Source: Octopus sinensis
Lineage: Eukaryota
DNA length: 64,000 nt
Reading direction: 5' to 3'
NCBI RefSeq assembly: GCF_006345805.1
Contig: NC_043010.1
Location: 22,258,001 to 22,322,000 of the forward strand
Of this stretch, positions 50,419 to 64,000 are shown in pieces; the first letter of the stretch is position 1, and every line of letters begins with the position of its first letter. A program made the position numbers and the translations under genes. The notes beneath the pieces were generated by a model that did no database searches, was not told the DNA's origin, and worked only from the letters and a program-made list of their open reading frames with translations.

Positions 50419-52814
50419 GTGTTTATGCGTGAAACTGTGTGAAAGAAAATTGCATAGGACCCTATAATTGAAAGGACACAGTCTTGTCATATATACACGC
50501 TCAATGTCACGTTCATTTTCCATGGGAATTCCGTTGATGTCATACGCGTCTGTAGAATACCTAACCATTTACATTTTAATTCAAGAGCAGATAATTCAGT
50601 TATCTGGTCACCTGAAATCTCGTCGTTGACAGCGTATCTCCATCATATATGTGCTTGCGTGCACAAATGTATAGGTGTTTGTGTGTGTTCATGCGAGCTT
50701 GTTTGAGTGTGTATGCATGTGTGTATGTACGTGTGCATGATTGTGTGTGTTCGTGCGTGTATGTTTGTGTGTATGTGGCTTTCGCTGTGAATCTTTAAAC
50801 AGATCGAAATACACTAATCACAGTTCGTTGGTAACTCATCTTAAGCCATGCGATCCCCATCATCTTTCTACCAAACGAAATATCTATAACGAAATGCTAC
50901 TTAAATCAAACACAGATTTAGTCTATAGTAACTCTACTAAATCTGTGTTCGACGTGGATGTGATTAAGCAATAAAAATCTATGTACGACACAGCGTATAT
51001 TGGAACCAAACAGGAACTGAACGCAATTAGAATACAGTTTTTGTGTAGCGGCCTTTGTGAAACTTTGATTATAATTACAACTAATTAGAATCAGCTATTG
51101 TTGATCGTAATGCACACGGAGAAACTGATATTTCTTGGAGAAGGTAGCGCTCTGTGTTCTCCGTGAAAAACAACAGGGATCGAATAATCTACAAGAACTA
51201 TTAAAAACGAATAGATACATTATTGTTTTGATTCTTGCTGATTTTTGAGTATCTCATGAATTATTATATATTTAGCGGACATCAGCACGCATCAGTCCAT
51301 AGTTTGTTTACTGATTCTCCTAAACAAGAGCTGGTTCTCTTGTTAGATTCATCGGTCTGGCGGAGTAGCTTTGACTGAGGAAAAAAAAACAAATTAAAAA
51401 TTTAAACTACGGTGTCTCAGCGTTCCCTCACACCGCTGAATTGCATGTGTTTTAAGCACACATTGTCTTACGAAAGGTAGGTTTTTCCGATGCCGAAAAG
51501 CGACAGGGATCAGGTATTCACGTTCAAATCTACCGGAATGTATTTAGAATGAATAGATACGCTATTGTTTTGTGTTCTCAATGTTCTGTGTTCACGTCAT
51601 GAATTATACATTAAATATCCAGCCTCTGACAAGTGAAAGGTTTTGTGGAATTTTTTGCAAAGAGAATGGTTTCCGTTAAGCCACTAAAGATCTGCATGTG
51701 AGACCCAGCACTACAACACATTTGTCTGTTTTTAGTTTTTTTAAACTTGTGCATTACTGAGTGCAGGAAATGTCGTTTTTCAAAGTCGGTTCCCTTCATA
51801 CATTGCAGAAAAAGCAACTGATTAAAAGTAATAAGTCTAAACAAAACTTTGTCTTGTGCTTAAATAAACTGTTACCCAAAATATTTCTTATTCGTGTGAA
51901 ACAATTTTGTTATTACTTTCTAAAGTATTGCATACATCACTTTTAGTATAATTATTTCCATAATTTTATCGAGTGGTACCCCTAGGGAATAAGATATTGT
52001 TCAGCAAGCCGGGTGGTAGGAAAATATATTCAGAATCACTGATTGGGGTTTCTTTGAAAGATTATCGTATTTTGTAAGTAAATCTCAATATTATCGTGTA
52101 TCAATTACCCCCTATGGACCATCGATCAATTTTAGTTGATCAACCAATGAGTAGTAAAAGTCAGACAACCATAGACACACTCAATCACACACCGAGTATG
52201 TTTCATTCATCGGAAAATAATAATTTCAAACCTAGGCAAAAGGCCAGCATTCATAAGGAAGTGCTACAGACTACTAAGGAGCCATTCGACCCACTCCATC
52301 AAAGGTCATACTTTTTACTGTCCCGTTACTTTGATGTTCATTGTAATACCTTATTTTACGATTTACGTAACAGAAATATTGGTTTCAAAATTTGGCACAA
52401 GGATAGGAATTTCAGAGGTGGGCGTCAGTAGATTAAATCGACCCCGGTTTCAAATCATACCCTATCGTTTAAAAGAATGAACAATGAAGTCGTTTATATT
52501 CAAAAATGTAAACGGCCAAGTCTGGGTTGCTTAATCCGATCTAATATGGACTTAAACAACAAGAATGTATATAGTTTGCATGAAGCATTTTCTGATATAA
52601 ATTAATGTTTTAATTTTTTTTTTGAAAAACCAAAATAATGCAAATAATAAGGAATAATCTTCGGAGTAAATGGTGCTGTGAGCTCACAACAGTATTTCGC
52701 TGCAGATTCCTTGAATGAGGGATCCTAACACGAAATATTGACTTGCACTGATTTGGCTTTAAAAAGTTAAAACAATTTAAGTTTGAGAAATTTGATTTCT
52801 AAACATTGACTTCC

Positions 52815-52935
52815 AGCTCAATACCACTGCGTGGCACCTTGGGAAGGTGTTCTCTGCTCTAGCCCCAGGACGACCAAACGACCAAAGTCTTGCGAAGGGA
52901 TTTTGTAGTCGTACACTGAAAGACGACCGTCGTAT
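52815..52935 (+). mobile_element. SINE family 2, 5' fragment
   Basis: ccactgcgtggcaccttgggaagg..accaaagtcttgcgaagggatttt. Confidence 0.7.
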
Positions 52936-52949
52936 ATGTAAATGCCTGT

Positions 52950-53057
<108 letters not shown>

Positions 53058-53576
53058 ATGTATATATACAAACAGGCACACACATGTGCTCACAAATGTT
53101 TCTGAACTGTTAACAATTCACCACCAGCATAAAATCTTGGCGTGTAAGCCAGATGTATATCTTATGCCACTTGAAGCATATTACGCCAGCTAATGTGGCT
53201 TCCTGCACTGTACGTTGCATCTGATGTCATTACATAGTCCCGCAGCCATTAGGGAGCTGTGCAGAACGAAGCCGAAACGATTGTTGTGATAAACCTCCTA
53301 GTTATAGTTACACTCCGTCTTCCGTTTCAACCATTAAATACACACACACAAACACACACATATTAACTCGCTCGTACACCAAACGTCAATTTCTAAAAAG
53401 AATTAGTGAAGTAAGAGCATGTAGCAACACCAAAAGAATACGGTGTCCCAACGTGGCAACAGCTCATGAGCTGAAACTAGATTCAAATCAAATTTATATA
53501 AGCATGCGCACTCACACACACACACACATATATATATATATTATATATATATATATATATATAATATATATATATA

Positions 53577-54441
53577 TTTGATATCATTTGAGATGTAAAT
53601 ATCACAGAAATTACATAGTCAAAGCAAATGAAACTCAACAGGCTTGATGTTGAGTAGCATAAGATTTATCTCTCCAAATGTGAATGAGAAGTTCGAAGGT
53701 TCATGGATTCCATGAACGATTTCACAAATGTTCAATATGATACCACCTGAGACACGGCACACGTCAAGGCGGTAGTCCAGTTCCTCCAAAACACGCTGCA
53801 ACATGTCTTGGGTAACAGTCTCCAGTGTGGTAGTGATTCTCTGCTCGAGTTCCTCTAGGTTTGCAGGAAGGGCGGGGACATAGACCAGGCCTTTCACATA
53901 GCCCCTTGTTTGCGCTTTCGCTTGTCATCTGCCGTTATGGCCTGAACGAACTGCGGCTTATAGGGTTTCATTAGTAGGCGTTTCCTCAGGACACGCTAAA
54001 CTGTCGTTGGAGGAATCTGAGTTTCCAGGCTTGTCCTTTGGATACACTTCCTGGTTCTTCGCAACAATTTATGGCGAACCTGTTCGACCATCTCTTCCGA
54101 TGTTACTGGTCATCCAGATACTTTTACTCTGCACAGACGGCCTTCCTCTTTGAATTTTTTATGCCATGTCTAAACCTGTATTGCCTTTCGTGACGTTTTA
54201 CAGAACTCTCTCACAAATGTACGCTGCACAGTCTTATTCGCCTGTGTTCGAGCATACTCCAACACACAAAATGCCTTTTCTCTTCCAGGGAATGCCATCG
54301 CTATACCTGAAAAATAAATACATCAAACGTTAAACATAAAATGTTGAGCTCCTTCTAAACATGGTGTGAAACTTTGAAGTCATTTGAACAAGAACTGACA
54401 AATTATTTGATTGCGAAATGATATTATTTTTTGAAACACTC
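53577..54441 (-). mobile_element. Internally deleted Tc1/mariner-superfamily transposon, copy 1
   Basis: MAFPGREKAFCVLEYARTQANKTVQRTFVREF..TWHKKFKEEG..VLRKRLLMKPYKPQFVQAITADDKRKR fused to (W)GYVKGLVYVPALPANLEELEQRITT..ELDYRLDVCRVSGG; the catalytic core is missing; TIR-like gagtgtttcaaaaaataatatcattt at the right end. Confidence 0.88.
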
Positions 54442-54446
54442 TATCT

Positions 54447-54552
<106 letters not shown>

Positions 54553-54784
54553 CTCAATATATATATATACATATGCGTATATGGGTACAGGACGTCACAA
54601 ACAGTAAAACAACATGAAATACGAAAACAAATAAGGTGAATACGCAAACAGCGAGAGAAACAAATGGAAAACAGGACAAATACCATAAAGAATGACCCTT
54701 CGTCAATTATTGGCTGTCTATTTAATCCTTTCGAACATTGAACGACAATGTGAGTCTTCAAAGGCAGTTGCTCCCACAAAAGGC

Positions 54785-54817
<33 letters not shown>

Positions 54818-55040
54818 ATATATATACGTATGTATGGATGTATGTATATATATGCATACAAACAAACACACACACACACAACACACACATATTAACTCGC
54901 TCGTACACCAAACGTCAATTTCTAAAAAGAATTAGTGAAGTAAGAGCATGTAGCAACACCAAAAGAATACGGTGTCCCAACGTGGCAACAGCTCATGAGC
55001 TGAAACTAGATTCAAATCAATTTATATAAGCATGCGCACT

Positions 55041-56051
<1,011 letters not shown>

Positions 56052-56280
56052 ATATATATATATATATACATATGCGTATATGGGTACAGGACGTCACAAA
56101 CAGTAAAACAACATGAAATACGAAAACAAATAAGGTGAATACGCAAACAGCGAGAGAAACAAATGGAAAACAGGACAAATACCATAAAGAATGACCCTTC
56201 GTCAATTATTGGCTGTCTATTTAATCCTTTCGAACATTGAACGACAATGTGAGTCTTCAAAGGCAGTTGCTCCCACAAAA

Positions 56281-56323
<43 letters not shown>

Positions 56324-56358
56324 GTATGTATGGATGTATGTATATATATGCATACAAA

Positions 56359-56412
<54 letters not shown>

Positions 56413-56464
56413 CACACGCATATATATATGTGTGTGTGTATGTATATATATGCATATTTGTAGG

Positions 56465-56685
56465 TGTGTACGTGTGGTTGTCTTGCTTGCACCACCGCTT
56501 GAGAATAGTTGCTGATTTGTTTACGGCCCCATATTTCAGCAGCTTAGCACAAAATACTGATAGAACAAGTTCCAGGCTTTAAAAAATAAGTGCTAAGGTT
56601 ATTCGTTCAGTAAAAAGAGAAAATCTCCGAGGTGTTGCCCCAGCATGGTTGGAGTCGGAAGACTGAAAGAGGTAAAATATAAACA
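56465..56685 (+). mobile_element. SINE family 2, 3' half, diverged
   Basis: caccaccgcttgagaat..gtttacggcccc..cccagcatgg..gactgaaaga. Confidence 0.7.
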
Positions 56686-56917
56686 GATATTCTGACATGA
56701 CATCCACATCGAAAGAGATGATGGTTTGGTAAGGTGCGAGTTAGACTTGAATACCCCACAAATTACTGCAACTCCCGGTATCTGGTGACATCAAGTTCAG
56801 TTTTGACCGCCCATGCCTTCCAGGACGCTAAAAGGCACAATCCACTCCATTCGTGTTAACATCCAGCAAAAATCTTCCCGTACGAATTGGAATTCAAAGG
56901 AATATATGATGTCGCGA

Positions 56918-57127
56918 GGGCGGGGTGGGGAGCTGGCTGAAACTTCAACACGCCGGCTTAGCGGTTTTCGTGTCATTACGTTCTGAGTTCAAATTCCACC
57001 GAGGTTGACTTTGCCTTTCATCTTGTCGGATCGATAAATTAAGTACCAGTTGCGTACTACGATCGATCTAATCGACTGGCCCCACTCATCAAAAAGGTTT
57101 GGGCTTTGTGTCAAGAGTAGAAAAGAT
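56918..57127 (+). mobile_element. SINE family 1
   Basis: gagctggctgaaac..gttctgagttcaaattccaccgagg..tagaaaagatta. Confidence 0.88.
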
Positions 57128-57619
57128 TATATGATGTTGCGTAGTGATGGTCACGACCAGCGGTAAGTTTCTTTCACCTGGAGTATCTCAAAGTAAGCGT
57201 CAAGATTAATGAACGCTAGTTGCATTAATCTTATAAGTAGCTGCAGTAGTATCTGCGGCGGTTGAAGATATGGTGATGGTGGTGGAGGTAGAACTGGAGA
57301 CGGTGATGGTGGTTGGGGTAGAGGAGGAGATAGTGGCATTGATGATGGAAACACTACGCCATTAGTGCGTTTGTGTCTCTCAAAGAAAGAAGGAAAATAA
57401 AAATACATCAACATGCGCGCGCACGCACTACACATACGCTCACACACACAAAGACACACACAGACACACACATACAATGGAATGTCTAAGAGATAATGAC
57501 TCTCAGCAGGAAGTTTAGATTTCTTAATTATTTTCAGTACAAATACCTCGTAGAGAATCATGTCTTAGATATACACACATTTAGACCTGCATACATCTAC
57601 GTTTATATAAGTATATATA

Positions 57620-57678
<59 letters not shown>

Positions 57679-57974
57679 ATATATATATATATATATACAC
57701 ACACACAGAGATTTAAAGGGGGAGGTAGGAGAGAGAGGGAAGATAGGGGGACATAAAGAGAAAGATAAATACATACATATTAATACACATATATATGTAT
57801 GTATGTAACTATATATATATATGTATATATATAATAATATATATATATATAATATATAATATATATATATATATACAATTAAGGGCTCCTAAATAAAGAT
57901 GCCGAGTGCTGGAACACAAAAAGGGGATGAACTTATCGAGAGTGAAAATCAAAAACGTTTACCGATAACTTTAA

Positions 57975-58052
57975 CAACTCGTACCGCGGTTTCTGCTTCT
58001 TTCTAGCAAAACACAGAATATGTTTGCTAAGGCCAGCTTCATCAGCGAGTTG
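57975..58052 (-). ncRNA. Type-I hammerhead ribozyme, monomer 1
   Basis: CAACTCG CTGATGA A GCT ggcc TTAGCAAACA tattctg TGTTTTGCTAG aaaga AGC A GAAA CCGCGG TA CGAGTTG: 7-bp stem I, palindromic stem III ACCGCGGT; predicted cleavage at 57982/57981. Confidence 0.85.
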
Positions 58053-58418
58053 CCTGAATTTAATCGAGGTCTGCAGCGATGTGGGGCTATACGTTAAACC
58101 CGACTACTAGCAGATCTTAACTTTTCAAATCTCTGCGCAGACGCAAAATTTACGCGGGCATGCCGGGAAGAATTTTACGAATAAATTCATCATGTAGTAT
58201 GCGAATATAAACAAGAAGGGTAGTAATATTATTTACTACCAGGTGCCCAGCACAAAAGACGAATTAGTCATAAGACAAAAATATTATTCATATAGAAAAA
58301 TATTATTCATGTAGTTATACAATTAAGGGCTCCTAAATAAAGATGCCGAGTGCTGGAACACAAAAAGGGGATGAACTTATCGAGAGTGAAAATCAAAAAC
58401 GTTTACCGATAACTTTAA

Positions 58419-58496
58419 CAACTCGTACCGCGGTTTCTGCTTCTTTCTAGCAAAACACAGAATATGTTTGCTAAGGCCAGCTTCATCAGCGAGTTG
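58419..58496 (-). ncRNA. Type-I hammerhead ribozyme, monomer 2
   Basis: Identical to 57975-58052; predicted cleavage at 58426/58425. Confidence 0.85.
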
Positions 58497-58992
58497 CCTG
58501 AATTTAATCGAGGTCTGCAGCGATGTGGGGCTATACGTTAAACCCGACTACTAGCAGATCTTAACTTTTCAAATCTCTGCGCAGACGCAAAATTTACGCG
58601 GGCATGCCGGGAAGAATTTTACGAATAAATTCATCATGTAGTATGCGAATATAAACAAGAAGGGTAGTAATATTATTTACTACCAGGTGCCCAGCACAAA
58701 AGACGAATTAGTCATAAGACAAAAATATTATTCATATAGAAAAATATTATTCATGTAGTTATACAATTAAGGGCTCCTAAATAAAGATGCCGAGTGCTGG
58801 GAACACAAAAAGGGGATGAACTTATCGAGAGTGAAAATCAAAAACGTTTACCGATAACTTTAACAACTCGTACCGCGGTTTCTGAATAATATGAATAATA
58901 TAATATGAATAATATGAATAATATTTTTGTCTTATGACTAATTCGTCTTTTGTGCTGGGCACCTGGTAGTAAATAATATTACTACCCTTCTT

Positions 58993-59040
<48 letters not shown>

Positions 59041-59630
59041 ATGTGTTTGTGTGTATGTATGTATATAAATATATATATATGCGGGTGTGTGTATATATAT
59101 AAGTATTTATATACATATATGTGTGTGTATATATTATATACATATATGTATATATACATATATTTATATATACATATATATATATATTTATACATATATA
59201 TTATATATATAATGTATATATTATGTATATCATATATATTATAGATATAGATATATATATATTATATGCATATGTATACATATAAATATATATATATTTA
59301 TGTATGTATATATATATTAAATGTATATGCATATGTATATGTATGTTTGTATGTATATATATATGTGTGTGTGTGTATCTATGGAGAGTGAGGGAGAAAG
59401 AGAGAGAGAGCGATTCAATTATTTCTTGCGACTGAGTGATTACTTCCTCGAGTTTCGCCTTGAGAAGATGAAAATGGAGTAAGTAATTAAGTTATTCAGT
59501 CATAATAAATATATTAAGTTCCAACTTCATATTCAGTTCACTTTTTAAATTCTAGCAATTTCTACTAACTCTCATAAACCTACTTTATATATACATACAT
59601 ATACATACATATACATACATACATGCATAC

Positions 59631-59682
<52 letters not shown>

Positions 59683-60076
59683 GGATACATTTGTGTATTA
59701 ACACATACGGATAAAAAAAGAACAAACACAAGCACACAAGATTTAGTATATGTGTGTGTGTGTATGTGACCAAAATAAAGGATAATAGTCACTTCGAAGT
59801 GCATTCGCCATGATTTTGAAAATTGATTTATCCTATATTAGTGTACGGAGTGCTCCTCAATACAAGATTGATTTTGTGCATAGATTTGCATAAATTAACA
59901 CATTGATAAATATAACGATATTTGTCTATGTGTGTCTCTCTCTAACTCTCTGTCTCTCCCCCCTCTCTCTCTCTCTATCTATCTATTGTCTGTCTAACTG
60001 TATCCCGCTCTCGCTCTTTCTCTGTGTCTCTGTCTCTATTTCACTCACTCGCTCTTTCCTAACACACACACTATAT

Positions 60077-60135
<59 letters not shown>

Positions 60136-60233
60136 GTGTGCGTCTGAATACATATAGCCACACACACATGTATATTAATATATATATATACATTCATATA
60201 TATATACAAACATTCATACATTCGTATATATGC

Positions 60234-60266
<33 letters not shown>

Positions 60267-60280
60267 CACATACACACACA

Positions 60281-60415
60281 CGACTGGTTTCTTTTATCTT
60301 CCGTCTATCAAATCCATTCACAAGGCTTTGGCTGTATCGAAGTTATGGTATAAGACGCTTGCTCACAGTGTCACGCAGTGGGACTGAACACGGAACCATA
60401 TGGTTGGGAAGTAAT
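60281..60415 (-). mobile_element. SINE family 2, 5' half
   Basis: Reverse complement has ggttccgtgttcagtcccactgcgtgacac..gccttgtgaatggatttg. Confidence 0.8.
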
Positions 60416-60981
60416 ATATATATATATATAATATATATATATATTATATATATATAATGTATGTATGTATGCATGTATGTATATATATATATGTGTGTGT
60501 GCGTGCGTGTGCATTTGCATATGTGTATTTGCAGATATCAATATGTTTTTGCGCATCCCAATGCGTTCGTGTTTGTCGTATTTGAAGTAGAGGTCACCAG
60601 TTTAATCTCGAGAAATTTCGATCACGTGGTGTTTTGTAGAATAAACAGTATTTTTCAATTTGCCATGAAAATGTTCCCGCTGAGAGTCAGAACGGAGAAT
60701 GGAACAATAATTTCCGACTTTACTTAGTCACGTGATCAGTATTGATTAACATTCTGATTTTCACAATGTCTATTCTTGTTGTTCGCCTTGCTTTTGTTTG
60801 TTATTTCGTTGTTATTTGCAGGTTGTTGTTATTTTTCTTATTTCTGTTTCCTCTCTCTATTTTTGTCTCTCTCTCTTTCTCTCTATGTATGTATATGCAT
60901 GTATATATATATATATACATATGTGTGTGTAGGTATATACATGTATGTGTGTATATATGCTTATATATATATTATTCATAA

Positions 60982-61050
<69 letters not shown>

Positions 61051-61164
61051 CATACATACATATATACTTACATATATACATATATACGTTAACATGTAAA
61101 TGTATATATATATGTATGCATGTATGTATGTATATATGTATATATGTATATGTGTATATATATG

Positions 61165-61232
<68 letters not shown>

Positions 61233-61621
61233 GTTGATGAGAGAATATGCTACACAGCTGTGTCTCTATGTGACGATGAATGACTATTTTAGTACAGTTT
61301 TAGATCAGATCTCAGCAGGAATATTAAGTCAACACATTGCTAAACACACCATACATCACTGCCTTATGTGTGGCAATCTTTCAGAATCGAGTTAGAATGG
61401 ATTATTTTCCAGCAAGGGGAAATAAATCTACACATGACAGATTTATCACAATTATAGCACATTTTTAGTTATCTTAGAAACGAAACAGATAAAAGTACAG
61501 TCATCAAAATGCGTCCCAAATCTGGTTTTTGAATTTAAAGGTATAACACTGTCTTAGAGTAATTTTACCTCTCTTCAACTCTAATGTTACCATAGTTTTT
61601 AATTATTTTTTTTTAATGGAA

Positions 61622-61825
61622 AATGGCAGAATTGTTAGGACATTGTACAAAATGCTTAGCAGAATTTCTTCCAGTTTTACGTTCTAAGTTTAAATTCCGC
61701 CATGGTCGACTTAGCCTTTAAGCTTTTCGGATCCAGGAAATAAGTACCAGTTAAGTACTGGTGTCGATGTAATCGACCAGCTATTCTCCACAAAATTTCC
61801 AGCCTTTTACCTCTATTAGATTTTA
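61622..61825 (+). mobile_element. SINE family 1, diverged
   Basis: ggcagaattgttagg..aaattccgccatggtcgac..aagtaccagtt..aatcgacc. Confidence 0.8.
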
Positions 61826-62109
61826 AGAAAGAAAAAAATTCTAAATATTATTCATATTTGCGTCTGTATGGCTGTGGGGTTAGGAAGGCTCATTTTTTAA
61901 GCGTGCGATTTCGAGTCCAGTTCCATTGCGCATCTCTTTAGTGCGGTACTAATTCTAATGGTATCTTTCGTCGAACCGCCTGATACGCGGCTGTAAACAC
62001 ACCAACACCGGTTGTCAAGAGGTAGTGAGGGACAAAGACAGACACAGAGAAACACAGAAACGCACACATATATGCGTGTATTTTATATATATATATTTAT
62101 GTACATACA

Positions 62110-62267
62110 TATAAAAATGACGGACTTTTCTGTTTCCGTTCGTCATATCCCCTACAAAGCATTAGTCGCCTTGAGGCTAGGATAGAAGACCCTTGCCCAA
62201 GGTGCCACACTGTGGGACTGAACTCGGATTTGTGTTGCTAGGAAGCAAACTTCTTACCACACGGCCA
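62110..62267 (-). mobile_element. SINE family 2, 5' half, diverged
   Basis: Reverse complement has gtggtaagaagtttgcttcc..gttcagtcccacagtgtggcaccttgggcaag. Confidence 0.75.
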
Positions 62268-62282
62268 TATATATATATGTAT

Positions 62283-62337
<55 letters not shown>

Positions 62338-62444
62338 CATATATTCACAATCATATATATAACACAAACATGTATACATATATATACATACACACAATAT
62401 ATATATATATATATATATTTATAAATATATATATATATATATTA

Positions 62445-62660
62445 TATTAAATTAGAGACAAAACCACTATTAAGCAAATCAAACAATGAAAGACTTAAGC
62501 CAATACATATGATCAATTTACATTATTTAAATATGTAACAAAATTATTAAAAAATATAATTAATATCACACTACGATCGTTTCATGCCTGCTGTCTTCAA
62601 ATTTTTGAGTCGCAGTCATTCATCAGGTGGTTTAGATATTTTTCTTGGCGAGGTTTAAAC
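62445..62660 (-). mobile_element. Family A/B element, flanked by (TA)n
   Basis: Same 3' end as 4720 and 29851; contains an HHR. Confidence 0.75.
62562..62640 (-). ncRNA. Intact type-I hammerhead ribozyme with extended stems I and II
   Basis: AATATC taaac CAC CTGATGA ATG a CTGC [20 nt] GCAG g CAT GAAA CGATCG TA GTG t GATATT; palindromic stem III ACGATCGT; predicted cleavage at 62572/62571. Confidence 0.85.
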
Positions 62661-62680
62661 AATGAACTATATATATATAT

Positions 62681-62906
62681 TACTCTTTTACTCTTTTACT
62701 TGTTTCAGTCAAATGACTGCGGCCATGCTAGAGCACCGCCTTTAGTCGAGCAAATCGACCCCGGGACTTATTCTTTGTAAGCCCAGTACTTATTCTATCG
62801 GTCTCTTTTGCCGAACCGCTAAGTGACGGGGATGTAACACACTAGCATCGGTTGTCAAGCAATGCTAGGGGGACAAACACAGACACACAAACACACACAT
62901 ACATAT

Positions 62907-62985
<79 letters not shown>

Positions 62986-63136
62986 TACGACAGACTTCTT
63001 TCAGTTTCCGTCTACCAAATCCACTCACAAGGCATTGGTCGGCCCGGGGCTATAGCAGAAGACACTTGCCCAAGATGCCACGCAGTGGAACTGAACCCGG
63101 AACCATGTGGTTGGTTAGCAAGCTACTTACCACACA

Positions 63137-63140
<4 letters not shown>
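62681..63140 (-). mobile_element. SINE family 2, full length, well preserved
   Basis: Reverse complement collinear with 49965-50418. Confidence 0.95.
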
Positions 63141-63179
<39 letters not shown>

Positions 63180-63224
63180 ATACCTATATAAGTATTCACT
63201 CCTGAATATTTGCACCTGGTTATT

Positions 63225-63792
63225 CTATAAAGAATTATGTTGCATTTTAACCCCAGGCAAATGTTTTTCCCAACTGGTTAATGACACACAACCTGTATCC
63301 GGTATATTGTAGGTAAAGCAGCGAATTATTTCTCTCCAGCTTATAGAACAGCCATGTTAGGGTAGCAAAAGCACCGTTACCGTCTAGTATTTTTACTACT
63401 TATATCTCGTTTAGAGATTTTAGAACTAGCCACTTTACTCATTACGAGATCAGCGACTGTGTGTGGTTTCTCTGTTTATATATTGTGAGTATGGACGATT
63501 GGCTGCCAACTCAGGCAGGTGTCCGGTACGGATGAAGGGTAAAGACCCAGAAAACATGGTCTATTGGTCCTGCCAAGCTGAAGGAAAGTGAATCTCTCAC
63601 TTACCCATAATATACCGGAAACATGTGGTGTGTCATTAACCAGCTGGAAAAGATGTTTTCCAAGGGTTAAAATGTAGTAATATAGTTCTTTATAGAACAG
63701 CCATGTTTTACTGGCAAAAAACGCTACCGTCTAATATTGTTACTACTTATATCTCATTTAGAGAGTTCAGGACTGGTTACTTTGCTCATTTT
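63225..63792 (+). mobile_element. Old retrozyme-like element: ~349-bp period direct repeat plus inverted segment, with HHR-like motif at 63523-63567
   Basis: Direct repeat 63341-63445 / 63690-63792; inverted pair 63225-63316 / 63601-63695; CCGGTA CGGATGA A GGGT aaag ACCC A GAAA ACATGG TC TATTGG. Confidence 0.7.
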
Positions 63793-64000
63793 TCTAAACG
63801 TTCTCTCATAAATTGTACAAACGATATAAGTGACGGAATGTCTACAGGCTCAACCGACATGCTAAAAATGGTAAACAATTGCCATCAAATCAAAATGGGA
63901 TTAACACAGTGGATGATGTCACAACTACACTATGAATGACAGTCGATAGTCACGGTTGGTAAGCCATTCATTTCCAGTTTGCTCGACGAATTAGAAAATT

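Larger units (their letters stand above)
57874..58996 (-). mobile_element. Retrozyme-like element: 2.27 tandem copies of a 444-bp monomer plus an inverted terminal segment, inserted in (TA)n
   Basis: tacaattaagggctcc starts at 57874, 58318 and 58762; the copies are essentially identical (1-nt insertion in the third); 58885-58996 is the reverse complement of the unit end; one HHR per monomer. Confidence 0.92.

Noticed and set aside
57874-58884. Tandem repeats as a CRISPR array or satellite
   Set aside because: There are no unique spacers, the context is eukaryotic, and only 2.27 units with an inverted end are present.

Overview
Repeat-dense, AT-rich animal genomic DNA. The SINE families and the microsatellite load suggest an octopus, but this is an inference. 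Almost all ORF-track hits are microsatellite translations or transposon remnants. Only one plausible host coding exon was found (8374-8555, minus strand). The window holds three tRNA-derived SINE families, mariner/Tc1-type and hAT DNA-transposon derivatives, an R4/Dong-type LINE end in a (TAA)n tract, an RTE-type LINE remnant, a decayed Penelope-like element (PLE; RT + GIY-YIG), a 1.5-kb tandem duplication and a tRNA-Arg pseudogene. The main result is a set of non-coding, (TA)n-associated elements carrying minimal type-I hammerhead ribozymes (HHRs) with palindromic stem III. About 20 intact or decayed motifs fall into several unrelated sequence families. The best examples (444-, ~365- and ~349-nt monomers) are tandem or circularly permuted copies with one HHR per monomer plus an inverted terminal segment. 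That matches retrozyme/circular-RNA-derived elements mobilised by PLEs. Two non-canonical core variants recur across families: an A-A pair at positions 10.1/11.1, and U4C. All folds and alignments were done by eye; activity and novelty are untested.
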